From an uncultured Verrucomicrobiae bacterium (GTDB lineage Bacteria; Verrucomicrobiota; Verrucomicrobiia; Chthoniobacterales; Chthoniobacteraceae), in contig CAVVUC010000002.1 in the NCBI GenBank assembly GCA_963751395.1, positions 1,172,029-1,236,028 of the forward strand: a DNA stretch of 64,000 nucleotides. The letters are read 5' to 3'. Of this stretch, positions 30,381 through 40,500 are shown in pieces (position 1 is the stretch's first letter; each line of letters begins with the position of its first letter). Both the position numbers and the translations under genes were made by a program. The notes beneath the pieces were generated by a model. That model was given only the letters and a program-made list of their open reading frames with translations. It had not been told where the DNA came from and ran no database searches.

Positions 30381-30965
30381 CTTCAACTCCTTTACAATCA
30401 CCGCAGGGTTGCCGGCGACGATGACGTTTTCCGGGACGCTCTTCGACACGACCGATCCGGCGGCGATGACGGAGTTCTCGCCGATGGTCACGCCTTTCAA
30501 AATCACCGCGTTCATGCCGATCCAGACGTTGTCACCGATTCGAACAGGTTTGGCGGATATCGGCGGGCGTTCCGGGCGCGGCTTGCTGTAGGGTGAGATT
30601 GCCATCGCGTCGATGCGGCGCAAGGCCGGTTCAAGCGGATGAAAATCCGAATCGGCGATGCCGACATTCCACGAGATCAAACAATACGAGCCGATCTCGA
30701 TCGACTCCTCGGCCATGATTAACGCGCCGTTCAGCAGCGTATAATCGCCGACCTTGCAGTGACCGTTCACGCCGATTGAAAACGAGACACCGGCGTAGCA
30801 GGAGACGCATTTGCCCAGTTCAACGGCGGGGTCTTTCTTGCTCTTGATGAAGCGAAAAATTTGGGTGGTTTCGCAATAAAGCCCCTCGTCCCATACGACG
30901 TTTGGCGGGATCGGATGGTGGTACCAATCGTCGTCGATGCGGCGGTCTGCGTTGATGTTGCTCAT
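30375..30965 (-). CDS. hexapeptide-repeat (LbH) acyl/acetyltransferase
   Basis: The C-terminal half has left-handed beta-helix hexapeptide repeats ([31 protein letters not shown]). Its last codons overlap the right arm of a heptamer hairpin. Confidence 0.75.
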   Translation of the reverse strand: MSNINADRRIDDDWYHHPIPPNVVWDEGLYCETTQIFRFIKSKKDPAVELGKCVSCYAGVSFSIGVNGHCKVGDYTLLNGALIMAEESIEIGSYCLISWNVGIADSDFHPLEPALRRIDAMAISPYSKPRPERPPISAKPVRIGDNVWIGMNAVILKGVTIGENSVIAAGSVVSKSVPENVIVAGNPAVIVKELKT

Positions 30966-33040
30966 GTCTTTGATGCGGTTCCGCCGGTCCTGGATTCGCC
31001 GGCTCTGGCTGCGTATTGATCTGCGACGGCTTGAAGCGCGTCCGTATTCACGCCTTCCGTGGCGATGCCGATGTTGCTCTTCTCGCTCACGAGCAGGCTG
31101 AGAAGCTGGCCGACCAGGCTGCTGTTCATGCCTTCGCCATCGCCTCCTCCGCCGCTTACAAACAGGCGTTCCGGCACCAGCGGCTGGCTGCTCTTCGAGA
31201 ATTGCTCCGCGACCAGATTCAACGCGAACAGCCTTGGGTCGCGATAAGCGTTCACCTTCTGCAATGTCACCGCCGCCTCGGACAGGCCGATCTGCGCGAT
31301 GCGCGAGGCCTCGCCTTTGCCGATCAGCTCCTTCGATGTCGCTTCGCCTTGCGCGAGCGCGATCTGCCGCTTCGCGAGCCGCTCGGATTCGGCGAGCTGC
31401 GCTTCGCCGCGGTTGGCGGCCACTTCAATGTCGATCTTCGACTGCGTCAGCTCTGTCTGTTTCGCCGCAGCCGCTTCGGCCTGCTTGAACTGGCGCAGGT
31501 TTTCGGCGGCCTCCTGCTGTTTCACATAGGTCGCCTTCTGTTCGTCGGCGAGCCGGCGCTGGCGCAGTTGATCGAACAGCCGCTCGATCGGGTCCTCCTT
31601 GCCGGCCTCGATTTTCGACTCCGGCCGTCCGATCAGCACGGCGACGCAGTTGATGTCGTATTCCTTGAAACGCGCGCCGAGGGCGACCGTCGCCTGCCGC
31701 TGGATTTCCTCACGCTTGGTGAGCAGGTCGAGCATGCTGCTGTTCTGCGCCACGTCCCGGAAATAGGCCGTGAGAATCGGATCGAGCGTCTGGTTGATGA
31801 GCCGCTTCACGTCGCCGAACCGCTGAATCACGCTGGGTGCCTTTTGGTAATCGATATGCACCACCAGCGAGAGCGGCAGCGTCGGTTCGTACGCATCGGC
31901 GGTGATGAGCGCGATGCTTTCGAGGTTCTCGTCGTATTTGTGTTCCTCGACTTCGTTCGTGATCCAGCGCAGGACGAAGTTGATTGTCGGCACGTATTCG
32001 ATCTTCACCGCGTATGGATTGAGCGCGTATTTGCCCGGCGCGAGCGCGTGGCGCCACACGCCGCGCTGGCCCTTCTCGACTTGCTCGCCGTAGCGAAACG
32101 CATCGCCGCTTACGTCGCTGCCTGTCACGCCGTGATAGGAAACGACAACGCCGACGTAGCCGATCGGCACCATGGTTTTCATCTGAATTTCGATCGTCGC
32201 GAACCATCGGTTGATGAAAAACGTGCCGTCGGTGAGCACCTGCAATTGCTTGCCGCGCTTGCCGCCAAGCGCGAGAAACGCCTCGGGGTCCTGGAAGCAC
32301 TCGTGGTCGGGTTGGCCGCTGCCCGGCTTCACTTCGGGTGCGATGATTTCGCCCGAGGCGATCATCGGGCCGTCCTGCACGCTGACAACGCCGATGGTAT
32401 CCGTCGGCAGCAGATAACCGGGGTCGTTGCCCTCCGCGACTGCTGCTCCGGCGGTCCCGATGATCACAGGCTGGAAGCCGCGCATCATGTCGAGCTGCGT
32501 TTTCCATTGCACATATTTCGTCTCCTCGTCGTCGCGGATCGGTCCCGAAAAAACGCGGTCCTCGCTGATGACGACGAACAGCGCGAGGTTGATCGCGTAA
32601 ACGCCTTCGCGAAGAATGGCGCGTTGTCTGCCGCGATGGCCTTTGTTGCTCAGGAACGCCTGTGCGTCCTGGAAGTGGTTGCTCTCGATCGTCGTGCCCA
32701 GCGTTTGCGTCGCCGGCAGCGGCTCGCCGTCGCGCGCATAGACGTAGCCGATCTTGCCCTGGCCGACTGTTACGAGCGGCTGTTTGTGAACGCGGTATTG
32801 CCACGAATAGAGGCCGAAGTGAATGCCGCCGCGCAGAATGTTCGTCTGGAAACCGGCCTCGCCGCTGCGGGCGATGATCTGGCCTTGCTTGAGCGACCCC
32901 TTGGGGCTCCAGAGTTTTTCGATCACGCCGATCTGCGTGTGCGGGATGTAAACGATTCCGAGCAGGCGTGGGAGGAAGAACAAAACGCCGAGGCCCAGCG
33001 CCAGAAGCAGGAGAGTGAAGACGGAAGGCAATGGGATCAT
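30962..33040 (-). CDS. SPFH/band-7 flotillin-like protein
   Basis: 692 aa with an N-terminal TM and an SPFH-like region. It has a long Ala/Gln/Glu-rich coiled coil ([51 protein letters not shown]) typical of flotillin/YqiK proteins. Confidence 0.5.
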   Translation of the reverse strand: MIPLPSVFTLLLLALGLGVLFFLPRLLGIVYIPHTQIGVIEKLWSPKGSLKQGQIIARSGEAGFQTNILRGGIHFGLYSWQYRVHKQPLVTVGQGKIGYVYARDGEPLPATQTLGTTIESNHFQDAQAFLSNKGHRGRQRAILREGVYAINLALFVVISEDRVFSGPIRDDEETKYVQWKTQLDMMRGFQPVIIGTAGAAVAEGNDPGYLLPTDTIGVVSVQDGPMIASGEIIAPEVKPGSGQPDHECFQDPEAFLALGGKRGKQLQVLTDGTFFINRWFATIEIQMKTMVPIGYVGVVVSYHGVTGSDVSGDAFRYGEQVEKGQRGVWRHALAPGKYALNPYAVKIEYVPTINFVLRWITNEVEEHKYDENLESIALITADAYEPTLPLSLVVHIDYQKAPSVIQRFGDVKRLINQTLDPILTAYFRDVAQNSSMLDLLTKREEIQRQATVALGARFKEYDINCVAVLIGRPESKIEAGKEDPIERLFDQLRQRRLADEQKATYVKQQEAAENLRQFKQAEAAAAKQTELTQSKIDIEVAANRGEAQLAESERLAKRQIALAQGEATSKELIGKGEASRIAQIGLSEAAVTLQKVNAYRDPRLFALNLVAEQFSKSSQPLVPERLFVSGGGGDGEGMNSSLVGQLLSLLVSEKSNIGIATEGVNTDALQAVADQYAARAGESRTGGTASKT

Positions 33041-33128
33041 GGAGCGGTGGAGTTTGTTGTTGCTGGTGAGCGTTAATGGCTACTCAGATGCGACCGAGTT
33101 TGGAAGCGCGAAAAGAGGGGAGGCGATT

Positions 33129-33322
33129 GGCGAAATCCGAATGACGAATGACGAAGCCCGAAGAACTGACGGAAGCGCTGGTTTCGCCCTCACCTCAATC
33201 CTCTCCCAGCGGGAGAGGATCAAGGTGAGGGTCGGCGATGCAACCCGACGCCACGGCCTTTCTTCGTTCATTCCGACTTCGGGCTTGTTTCGTCATTCGG
33301 ATTTCGTCATTCGTCATTCGCC
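33129..33322. repeat. compound element: outer heptamer-tandem arms (CGAATGA/TCATTCG family) flanking a 48-bp GC-rich palindrome (ccctcacctcaatcctctcccagcgggagaggatcaaggtgaggg)
   Basis: Left arm gaaatccgaatgacgaatgacgaagcccgaag and right arm cttcgggcttgtttcgtcattcggatttcgtcattcgtcattcg. The central perfect dyad is ctctcccagcgggagagg. The element ends at the hemL ATG. Confidence 0.9.
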
Positions 33323-33325
33323 ATC

Positions 33326-34615
33326 ATGACCCGAACAAAATCCGCCGAAGCTTTTCAAACTGCACGGCGCTACATTCCCGGCGGCGTCAACTCGCCGGTG
33401 CGCGCTTTTCGCGGCGTCGGCGGCGAGCCGTTCTTCGTGAACCGCGCGCGCGGCTCGCGCATTTGGGACATCGACGGCAATGAATACATCGACTACGTCG
33501 GCACGTGGGGGCCTGCCATTCTCGGCCACGCCCCGGAAGTCGTGATCGACGCGATCAACGCCGCCGCGCGGAACGGCGTGAGCTTCGGCATTCCGAATCC
33601 GTTCGAGATCGAGATGGCGAAGACGATCTGCGCGTGGGTGCCGTCGATTGAAAAGGTTCGCATGGTCAACAGCGGCACCGAAGCGACGATGTCCTGCATC
33701 CGACTCGCTCGGGGATTCACGAAGCGCGACAAGATCGTGAAGTTCGAGGGCTGCTATCACGGCCACGTCGATTCGCTTCTGGTCAAGGCCGGCAGCGGCG
33801 CGCTCACGCACGGCGAGCCTGACAGCGCGGGCGTTCCGAAGGCGTTCGCCGATTTGACGGTCACGCTGCCGTTCAACGACCCCGAGGCGCTGAAGGCGGT
33901 GTTCGAGCGCGATGGCAATGAAATCGCCGGTGTCATCCTCGAACCGATTCCGGCAAATGCAGGGTTGTATTTTCCGCGCGTCGGCTACTTGGAACTGCTG
34001 CGGAAGCTTTGCTCGGACCACGCTGCGATTTTGATTTTTGATGAAGTGATGACCGGCTTCCGGGTCGCGCGCGGCGGGGCGCAGGAGTTGTTCGGCATCA
34101 AGCCCGACCTCACGGCGCTCGGCAAGGTGATCGGCGGTGGTCTGCCGGTCGGCGCGTTCGGAGGGCGGGGGGACATCATGGATTGCCTTTCGCCGGACGG
34201 CCCGGTGTATCAGGCCGGAACGCTTTCGGGAAATCCGCTGGCGATGGCCGCGGGCCTCGCGCAGTTGCGGGAACTCGAACGCCGCGACGGCTGGAAACGG
34301 CTGGAAAAACTCGGCGCGATTCTCGAAGAGGCGATGCGCGACGTTCTCCACAAGCACAGCGGCAGGCTCGCTTTTCACCGCGTCGGTTCGATGTTCTGCC
34401 TGTTCTTCACCGGCGGCGAAGTGCGCGACCTCGCCTCGGCGCAAACCAGCGACCGTAAAGCGTTCGCCGCGTTTTTCCACGCCTGTCTCGACGACGGCGT
34501 TTACTTCGCCCCGTCGCAATTCGAAACCGGCTTCCTCTCGCTTGCCCACACCGACGACGACCTTGCCCGCACGGCGGAAGTGGTCGTGCGCTCCCTGGGT
34601 GCTGTGATGGGATAG
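33326..34615 (+). CDS. hemL: glutamate-1-semialdehyde 2,1-aminomutase
   Basis: 429 aa. ARRYIPGGVNSPVRAF...GTWGPAILGHA...DEVMTGFR and the PLP lysine region match class III aminotransferase HemL. Confidence 0.9.
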   Translation: MTRTKSAEAFQTARRYIPGGVNSPVRAFRGVGGEPFFVNRARGSRIWDIDGNEYIDYVGTWGPAILGHAPEVVIDAINAAARNGVSFGIPNPFEIEMAKTICAWVPSIEKVRMVNSGTEATMSCIRLARGFTKRDKIVKFEGCYHGHVDSLLVKAGSGALTHGEPDSAGVPKAFADLTVTLPFNDPEALKAVFERDGNEIAGVILEPIPANAGLYFPRVGYLELLRKLCSDHAAILIFDEVMTGFRVARGGAQELFGIKPDLTALGKVIGGGLPVGAFGGRGDIMDCLSPDGPVYQAGTLSGNPLAMAAGLAQLRELERRDGWKRLEKLGAILEEAMRDVLHKHSGRLAFHRVGSMFCLFFTGGEVRDLASAQTSDRKAFAAFFHACLDDGVYFAPSQFETGFLSLAHTDDDLARTAEVVVRSLGAVMG

Positions 34616-34643
34616 AGCGGCGCTGCAATGGCGCGGATGTTTG

Positions 34644-35541
34644 CTACTTTCCCGCCCGCGGGTCGAGCGCGTCGCGCAGCGCGTCGCCGAGGAAGTTGAG
34701 CGCGAGCAGGGTTCCGGACATCACGAGCGCCGGGTAAACAAGCAGCCACCAGTTGCTGCGCACGGGATTGATCACCTGCGCGCCGTCGCTCATCAACGAG
34801 CCCCAGCTTGCCAGCGGGGCCTGAATCCCGAGGCCGAGGAAGCTCAGGAACGACTTCGTCGAGAATCACGGCGGGAATGGTCAGCGTGAGATAGATGACC
34901 ACGATGCCGACGAGGTTCGGCAGCAAATGGCGCGTGATGATTTTCGCATTGCTCTGGCCGAGGGCGCGCGCGGCGGCGACGAACTGCTGTGACGAAAGCG
35001 CGAGCACCTGTCCGCGCACAATGCGCGCCATCGTGAGCCATTCGATGAGGCCGAGCGACAAGACGAGGATGACGATGCGCGAGTAGCCGACGAGCCAGTC
35101 GAGCCGCAAGGCGAGCAGCCAGTTTTTCACGGTGCTGTCGAAGGTGTTGATGAAAATGAGGATGATGATGAGGCGCGGCACGGCGTAGAGCACCTCGACG
35201 ATACGCATCATGAGCGCGTCCCATTTGCCGCCGGCGTATCCGGCGACGAGCCCGTAGCTGGTGCCAACGACAAGGCTGATGAACGCGCCGGAAAGCCCGA
35301 CGAGAAGGGAGATGCGGCCGCCGGTGAGCACGCGGTGAAGCACGTCGCGCCCGTTCAGGTCCGTGCCGAACGGATGCGCGAGGGACGGCGGCGCGAACTG
35401 GTTCGGCGAGACCTCGCCGTAGCTCGCGGGCATCACGAGCGGACCGATCACCGCCGCGACGGCGACGACGGCGACGACGGCGAGCGAGATTCTCGCGACC
35501 CGTCTTTTCAAAAAGCGCTGCCAGGCTCCGGGTTCAGTCAT
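34644..35541 (-). CDS. ABC transporter permease, DppC/OppC-like (apparent frameshift near the C-terminus)
   Basis: N-terminal region with TM1 and a BPD_transp_1 domain (ORF 34501..35541). The expected C-terminal helices (SFLGLGIQAPLASWGSLMSDGAQ...) are in another frame ending at a stop at 34644-34646, with the shift near 34860-34880. Confidence 0.7.
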
Positions 35542-36454
35542 AGAGCTTGATGCGCCGGTCGAGGAACGTGTAGGCGATGTCCACGGCGAGGTTGAGCACG
35601 ACGAGCAGCGCGCAATAGACGATGACCACGCCGCCGAGCAGAAAGCCGTCGCGGTTTTGAATCGAGTTCACGAAAAATCCGCCCGCGCCCGGGATGTTGA
35701 AAACCGTCTCGATGATGACCGAGCCGGTGAGGAGGTTCGCGGCGAGGGGGCCGAGAAAAGAGACGACGGGCAGGATCGCGACTTTGAGCGCGTGCTTGTA
35801 GATGATGCGCGATTCGGCGACGCCTTTCGCGCGCGCGGTGCGGACGAAATCGGAGCCGAGCACTTCGAGCATGCTCGTGCGCATCAGCCGCGCGATGTAG
35901 GCGACGTAGGGCGCTGCCAGGGTGAGCGACGGGAGCACGAGATCGCTCCAGCTTCCCCAGCCGCCGACGGGGAGCCAGCGCAGCTTCAATCCGAACAGGA
36001 GGATGAGCAGCGGCCCGGTGACAAAAGTCGGCGTCGAAATCGCCAGCAGCGCGACAAACATCGCCCCGGCGTCGGCCGGCGTGTCGCTGCGCACCGCCGC
36101 CCAGCTTCCAAGCCACACGCCGGCCGTCGTGGCGATGAGGAACGCGGCAAGGCCGAGCGTCGCGGAGACCGGCAGCGCCTGCGCCAGCAGTTCGTTCACG
36201 GAGCGGTTGCGATACTTCGTCGAGAGCCGCAGGTCGCCGCGTAGCAGGTCGCAAATGTAGTCGAAGTATTGCCGCGAGAGCGGGCCGTCGAGTTTGTACT
36301 TCGCAAGAAGCTGCTTCTCGATCTGGGGCGGTATTTTTCGTTCGCGATCGAACGGTCCGCCGGGCGCGAGCCGGATGAGGAAAAACGTGAACGACACCAC
36401 GCAGAACAGCACGAGCAGCATGGACGCGAAGCGGCGGAGGATGAAGGCGATCAT
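35534..36454 (-). CDS. ABC transporter permease, DppB/OppB-like
   Basis: 306 aa. MIAFILRRFASMLLVLFCVVSFTFFLIRLAPGGP is the typical DppB N-terminus, with a BPD_transp_1 fold. Confidence 0.8.
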   Translation of the reverse strand: MIAFILRRFASMLLVLFCVVSFTFFLIRLAPGGPFDRERKIPPQIEKQLLAKYKLDGPLSRQYFDYICDLLRGDLRLSTKYRNRSVNELLAQALPVSATLGLAAFLIATTAGVWLGSWAAVRSDTPADAGAMFVALLAISTPTFVTGPLLILLFGLKLRWLPVGGWGSWSDLVLPSLTLAAPYVAYIARLMRTSMLEVLGSDFVRTARAKGVAESRIIYKHALKVAILPVVSFLGPLAANLLTGSVIIETVFNIPGAGGFFVNSIQNRDGFLLGGVVIVYCALLVVLNLAVDIAYTFLDRRIKLYD

Positions 36455-36460
36455 CGGGAA

Positions 36461-36555
36461 AATGACGAATGAATGTCGAAGCCGGAATGTTCAATGACGA
36501 ATGCGCAAACGAACGGGCACATTCGGATTTCGTCATTCGTCATTCGGATTTCGTC
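36461..36555. repeat. heptamer-tandem inverted-repeat hairpin (AATGACG/CGTCATT family) with an inner dyad ccgaatgt...acattcgg
   Basis: aatgacgaatgaatgtcgaag...atttcgtcattcgtcattcggatttcgtcattt. The right arm encodes the C-terminus (EMTKSE) of the DNA MTase, and the left arm abuts the dppB-like start. Confidence 0.9.
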
Positions 36556-37373
36556 ATTTCAAAAAGTTCATCCGACAATCGCTTGCGCGCCTCCTTCAAA
36601 TACTCCTCGTCGATCTCGAAGCCGATGAACCTGCCAACGCCGCATTCCTTTGCGGCGAGCGCGGAGTGGCCGATGCCGAGAAACGGATCGAGCATCACGA
36701 GTCCGGCGCGCTGGCCGTGGAGCTTGATGCATTGCGTGGCGAGCGCGACCGGGAACGTCGCCGGATGCGGGCGCTCCCCGGCGCGGCTCTTGATCGTCTT
36801 GTAGGGAATGAACCAGTTGTTGCCGCGGCAGCGCCGGTCGCGCCCTTCGGTGTGGCCCCAGCGCGCGATGTTGCTCTTGTCCGAGTATGCGACGCCGATG
36901 GCGAGGCGGTCGAGTGTCACGAAGCCACTTTTCGTGAGATGGAAAAGATATTCGTGGCAGTCGGTGATGTAGCGCGGCGAGTTGATCGGCTTGAAATGCC
37001 CCGCCGAAATGTCCAGGCCGTCGCGAGTCGTCACGGTGATCGACTTGATCCAGTGGATCGTGTTTTGCAGCACGAAGAGCGGCCGGAGTTGCAGTACCAG
37101 CTCGTGCGGCAGCATCGGGTTCGCGGGCGCCGCGCCGACGTTGAGAAAAAACGAGCCGTCCGGTTTGAGCACGCGCTTGATCTCGGAGGCCCATTGCCCG
37201 CACCAGTGGAGATATTCCTCGCGCGCCGCGTCGTCGGAATACTTCGAATACGCGATGCCGAGATTGTAAGGCGGCGAGGTCACGACGAGATCGACCGACT
37301 CGCTCGCGAGCGCGCGCATCCCGGCGAGGCAATCGCCGTGATGCAGTTCGAATTCCGTGTTGGTTTCGGGCAT
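36540..37373 (-). CDS. DNA methyltransferase, beta-class amino-MTase (N4-C or N6-A; SPPY motif)
   Basis: From the internal Met: MPETNTEFELHHGDCLAGMRALASESVDLVVTSPPYN (D21-class MTase motif IV). The SAM-binding motif LDPFLGIGHSALAAKECGVGRFIGFEIDEEY is C-terminal, as in the beta permutation. The C-terminal codons EMTKSE* are encoded by a heptamer hairpin arm. Confidence 0.8.
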   Translation of the reverse strand: MPETNTEFELHHGDCLAGMRALASESVDLVVTSPPYNLGIAYSKYSDDAAREEYLHWCGQWASEIKRVLKPDGSFFLNVGAAPANPMLPHELVLQLRPLFVLQNTIHWIKSITVTTRDGLDISAGHFKPINSPRYITDCHEYLFHLTKSGFVTLDRLAIGVAYSDKSNIARWGHTEGRDRRCRGNNWFIPYKTIKSRAGERPHPATFPVALATQCIKLHGQRAGLVMLDPFLGIGHSALAAKECGVGRFIGFEIDEEYLKEARKRLSDELFEMTKSE

Positions 37374-37551
37374 GGCGGAATTGATTAAAGCGAAACGCGG
37401 GGCGGAACCAGCCGAATGTTCGTTTACGCAAAAACCGGCCCGCCGCAACCTGAATTGCTCGCCCGCCGGAAGCGTGCCGCACATTAGCCAGTGGCGCTGG
37501 CCTCCGAACCGCCATCCCAACCCACATCCGCCCCGGCAGGGCGCGGGAATG

Positions 37552-40500
37552 TCACCACGTCTGGCTGCGGGTGCGGTAGGCGCGGGTGAAGCGGTCGGTG
37601 GCCGTCAAGCCGGTGCGCAGGCCGAGGCGGCGGCGTTTCGCGAAGGGCAGGTTTGGCTGGACACGACGGAGCATCGGGTCGGCTTCAAATTCGCGCCAGA
37701 TGGTTTCAAGTTCTGTCTGCGGCAAACCGTAGGCTTCGGCCACGCAGGCATCCACGGCATCCAGCACTTCCTCCAGGGCGGATGCGCCGCTCTCGCCTGT
37801 GAGTTGAACGGCTATCGCGCGCCACCCGGCGAGCGCGGCGGGCGGCGGAATCGGGAGATCGAGGAGCGCGGCGAGGCGCAGACTTTCGCCGGGATGCAGG
37901 AGCAGACCTTCGACAAACGCAGCAGCGAGTTCGCGGTCGTTGAAGGCCGCCCATTTCTCCACGTCGTCGCCGGGCTGGACGATCCATTGGCCGGCGAGTT
38001 CGGTCGTCGCGGGGACACCGATCTCGCATGCTTCGCTGCCTTGGAGCGCGGGGCACCAGTCCACCCGAAGATCCACACTGCCACGCAGGCATTCGCGGAC
38101 GCTCGCCGCGCCGAATGTCGCGAGGCGGTCGCGCAACACCTGTTCGGTCTGGTGAAGCTGCTGGCAGGCGGCGAGAAATCGTGTGCGAAGGGTGCGCAAC
38201 TGCGGCGCAAATTCGAGGAGTCGATCCGTCCACGGCAGTCGGCTCACGGTGGTCACGTAAACATTTGCCCGCGCACGAAAGAGCACCGCTTCGCGATGCG
38301 CAATCGCCCAGACGTATTGATAAATGCGAGAGAGAACGAGCAAGTCGAAGGGAAAGTCAGCGAGACGATCCTCCGGAAAAAAGAGACTTGCCGTATTCAA
38401 CAGAATCAATTCGTGCGGATCGAACGGCGCGCAATAAAGCGCCGGTGCGATGCGATGAAACGCAAAACCCTTCACCGGCAAAATATCGGCGAATCGCCAC
38501 ACGCTGGAGTCGTCCATCCGCAACACGTCGATGTTCGTTTCCACCGGCTCGCCTTCGATCGCTCCAGCCGCGATGTGCTCGCCTTTGAAAACGGGCAATC
38601 CGCCTTCATCGGCAGTGACTCTTTGGCCACGAAATGCCGCGCCCATTCGAATCATCGTCTCCTGTTCCCAGCGCAAATTATCCGCATCGTCGGTCGGTTG
38701 TTCGCGCGCCCAGCGAACGATACGGGCTCCGCGTTTGCCGACAAAAAAGCGCTGCGCAATGTCGCCAAAAGTCTGACCAACGAAACGGTCGAGAATCCGT
38801 TTTCGCTCCGGCGTCAGCCGCGTCAGCCAGCGCCCATCCGCGCTGAACAAATCGGCGTAAGGCAGTTCCACGACCGGCGCGGATTCGAGATCGAAACGGA
38901 CATGCACCTCCTCGCCCTCGGTGAAGACCGCGCACCGCTCGTCCGCGACGCGGAGCCGCACCGTCTCCCCTTCCAGCGCCGGACGCCGCTCCGCGAGCAG
39001 GATCATGCAGACGACATCGGCGCCAAAAAGCTGCGGACTGATCAATTCCAGATCGACAATCTCGCGCACCGTCCAGCGTCCCGTGCCGGGGCGGAAAAAC
39101 TCGCGGAGTTTCGCGCTGTCGTCGTTGTCGCCCACCGAGAGCGGCAGCACGAAGCCGAGGCGTCCCGGCGCGCGTCCTTCGCCGCCATTCGGGCGCAGCC
39201 AGTAGTCGAGCGCTTTGAAAAGAAAGAGATTGCAGAGATTGCTGCGCGCGGAGAATTCCTCGTCAAAGTAGGCGATGGCGGAGGCATCGAGCGGCACGGT
39301 CTGGCGCTCGGGGCGGACATAGGGCGGATTGCCCGCGACGGCGTCGTAACCGTAGGTGTCCACGAGCGCGAACTCGTTCAGCTCTCCGGCGAAAAGCCCG
39401 GCGGAAATCTGCGGCGCGTGCAGTGAATCGTGACCGCCGGTGACGGTTGGTTCGGGGAAACCTTGAGCCTGCAACTGCTCCCGGAAGGCGAACAGATGCC
39501 AGAGGATTTGCAGTTGGGCGATGGTGGCGGAGAAGGCGTTGAGGTCGTTGCCGCGGACATTGGCGAGCGTGGCGAGCGCCTCCTCCCATGTGGCTGCACC
39601 GCGACTGGCCGCATCGCCGATCATCGCCTTCCATGCCTCGATGAGAAACGTGCCGACGCCACAGGTAGGATCGAGCACACGATTGCCGGGGCGCAGGTCG
39701 AGGTGCCTGACGATGAAGCGCGCGACTTCCGGCGGCGTGTAGTGCTCGCCGTATTCCTTGCGTTGCGTGTTGTCGAGGAACTGGCCGTAAACGCCGCTGA
39801 GCACGTCCTGCTCGACCGTGGAGAAATCGAAGCGGGAGAGATAGAATAAGGCGCGCTCGATGGCTGTGGAAAGATGCGGGTCGGCGCAGGTGAGAACCCA
39901 GTCGAGACTGCCTTCCTCGAAAAAGGCCGCCGCGAGATGAGCCGCCGCACCGTAGCTTTCGCGCAGAAACCACGCATAGCCTTTTTCGAATACCCTGCGC
40001 CAGGTCTGAAACGCGGCGACACCGCCGTTGCAGAGGTAGCGTTTCTCTCCGAAAAAACCGTGATCCTCGAAGAATCGCAGCATCACGCACCGGGCGATGA
40101 GCAGACTGGACGTTTCGGAGGCGAGAAGCGTGACGGCGTTGCGGCTCTCTTCTTCCGGCGATTCGCCTTTGGCGCGAGCCTCGTATTCGGCCAGCGTGAA
40201 GCATCCCAGACGCGCCGCCGCGAGATTGTCACGCACCGTCCGCCGGAATGCGGCAACGGCTTCCCGGTGCCGTTTCATGGCCTCGCGGTTCGGGACGTTC
40301 CTTCCGCGAAGCTGGAATGGATCGAGATGAAAAGTCTCGATCTCGAATTCCACCGCAAACGCATCGCGCATCTCTCGGATTTCGCGGGCGCGTTGCGCAA
40401 GCGTTTCGAGAGCACGCTGGCTCGCGAGATTGAGCAGTCCCGCGGCGCTGCGAAGTGCAAGATAGAATTCGGCGCGCGCCTCCGAGAGCGTGAGTTCGTC

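Noticed and set aside
31016-33076. 686-aa + strand ORF
   Set aside because: It is antisense to the flotillin-like gene. It is R/L/A-rich and low-complexity.
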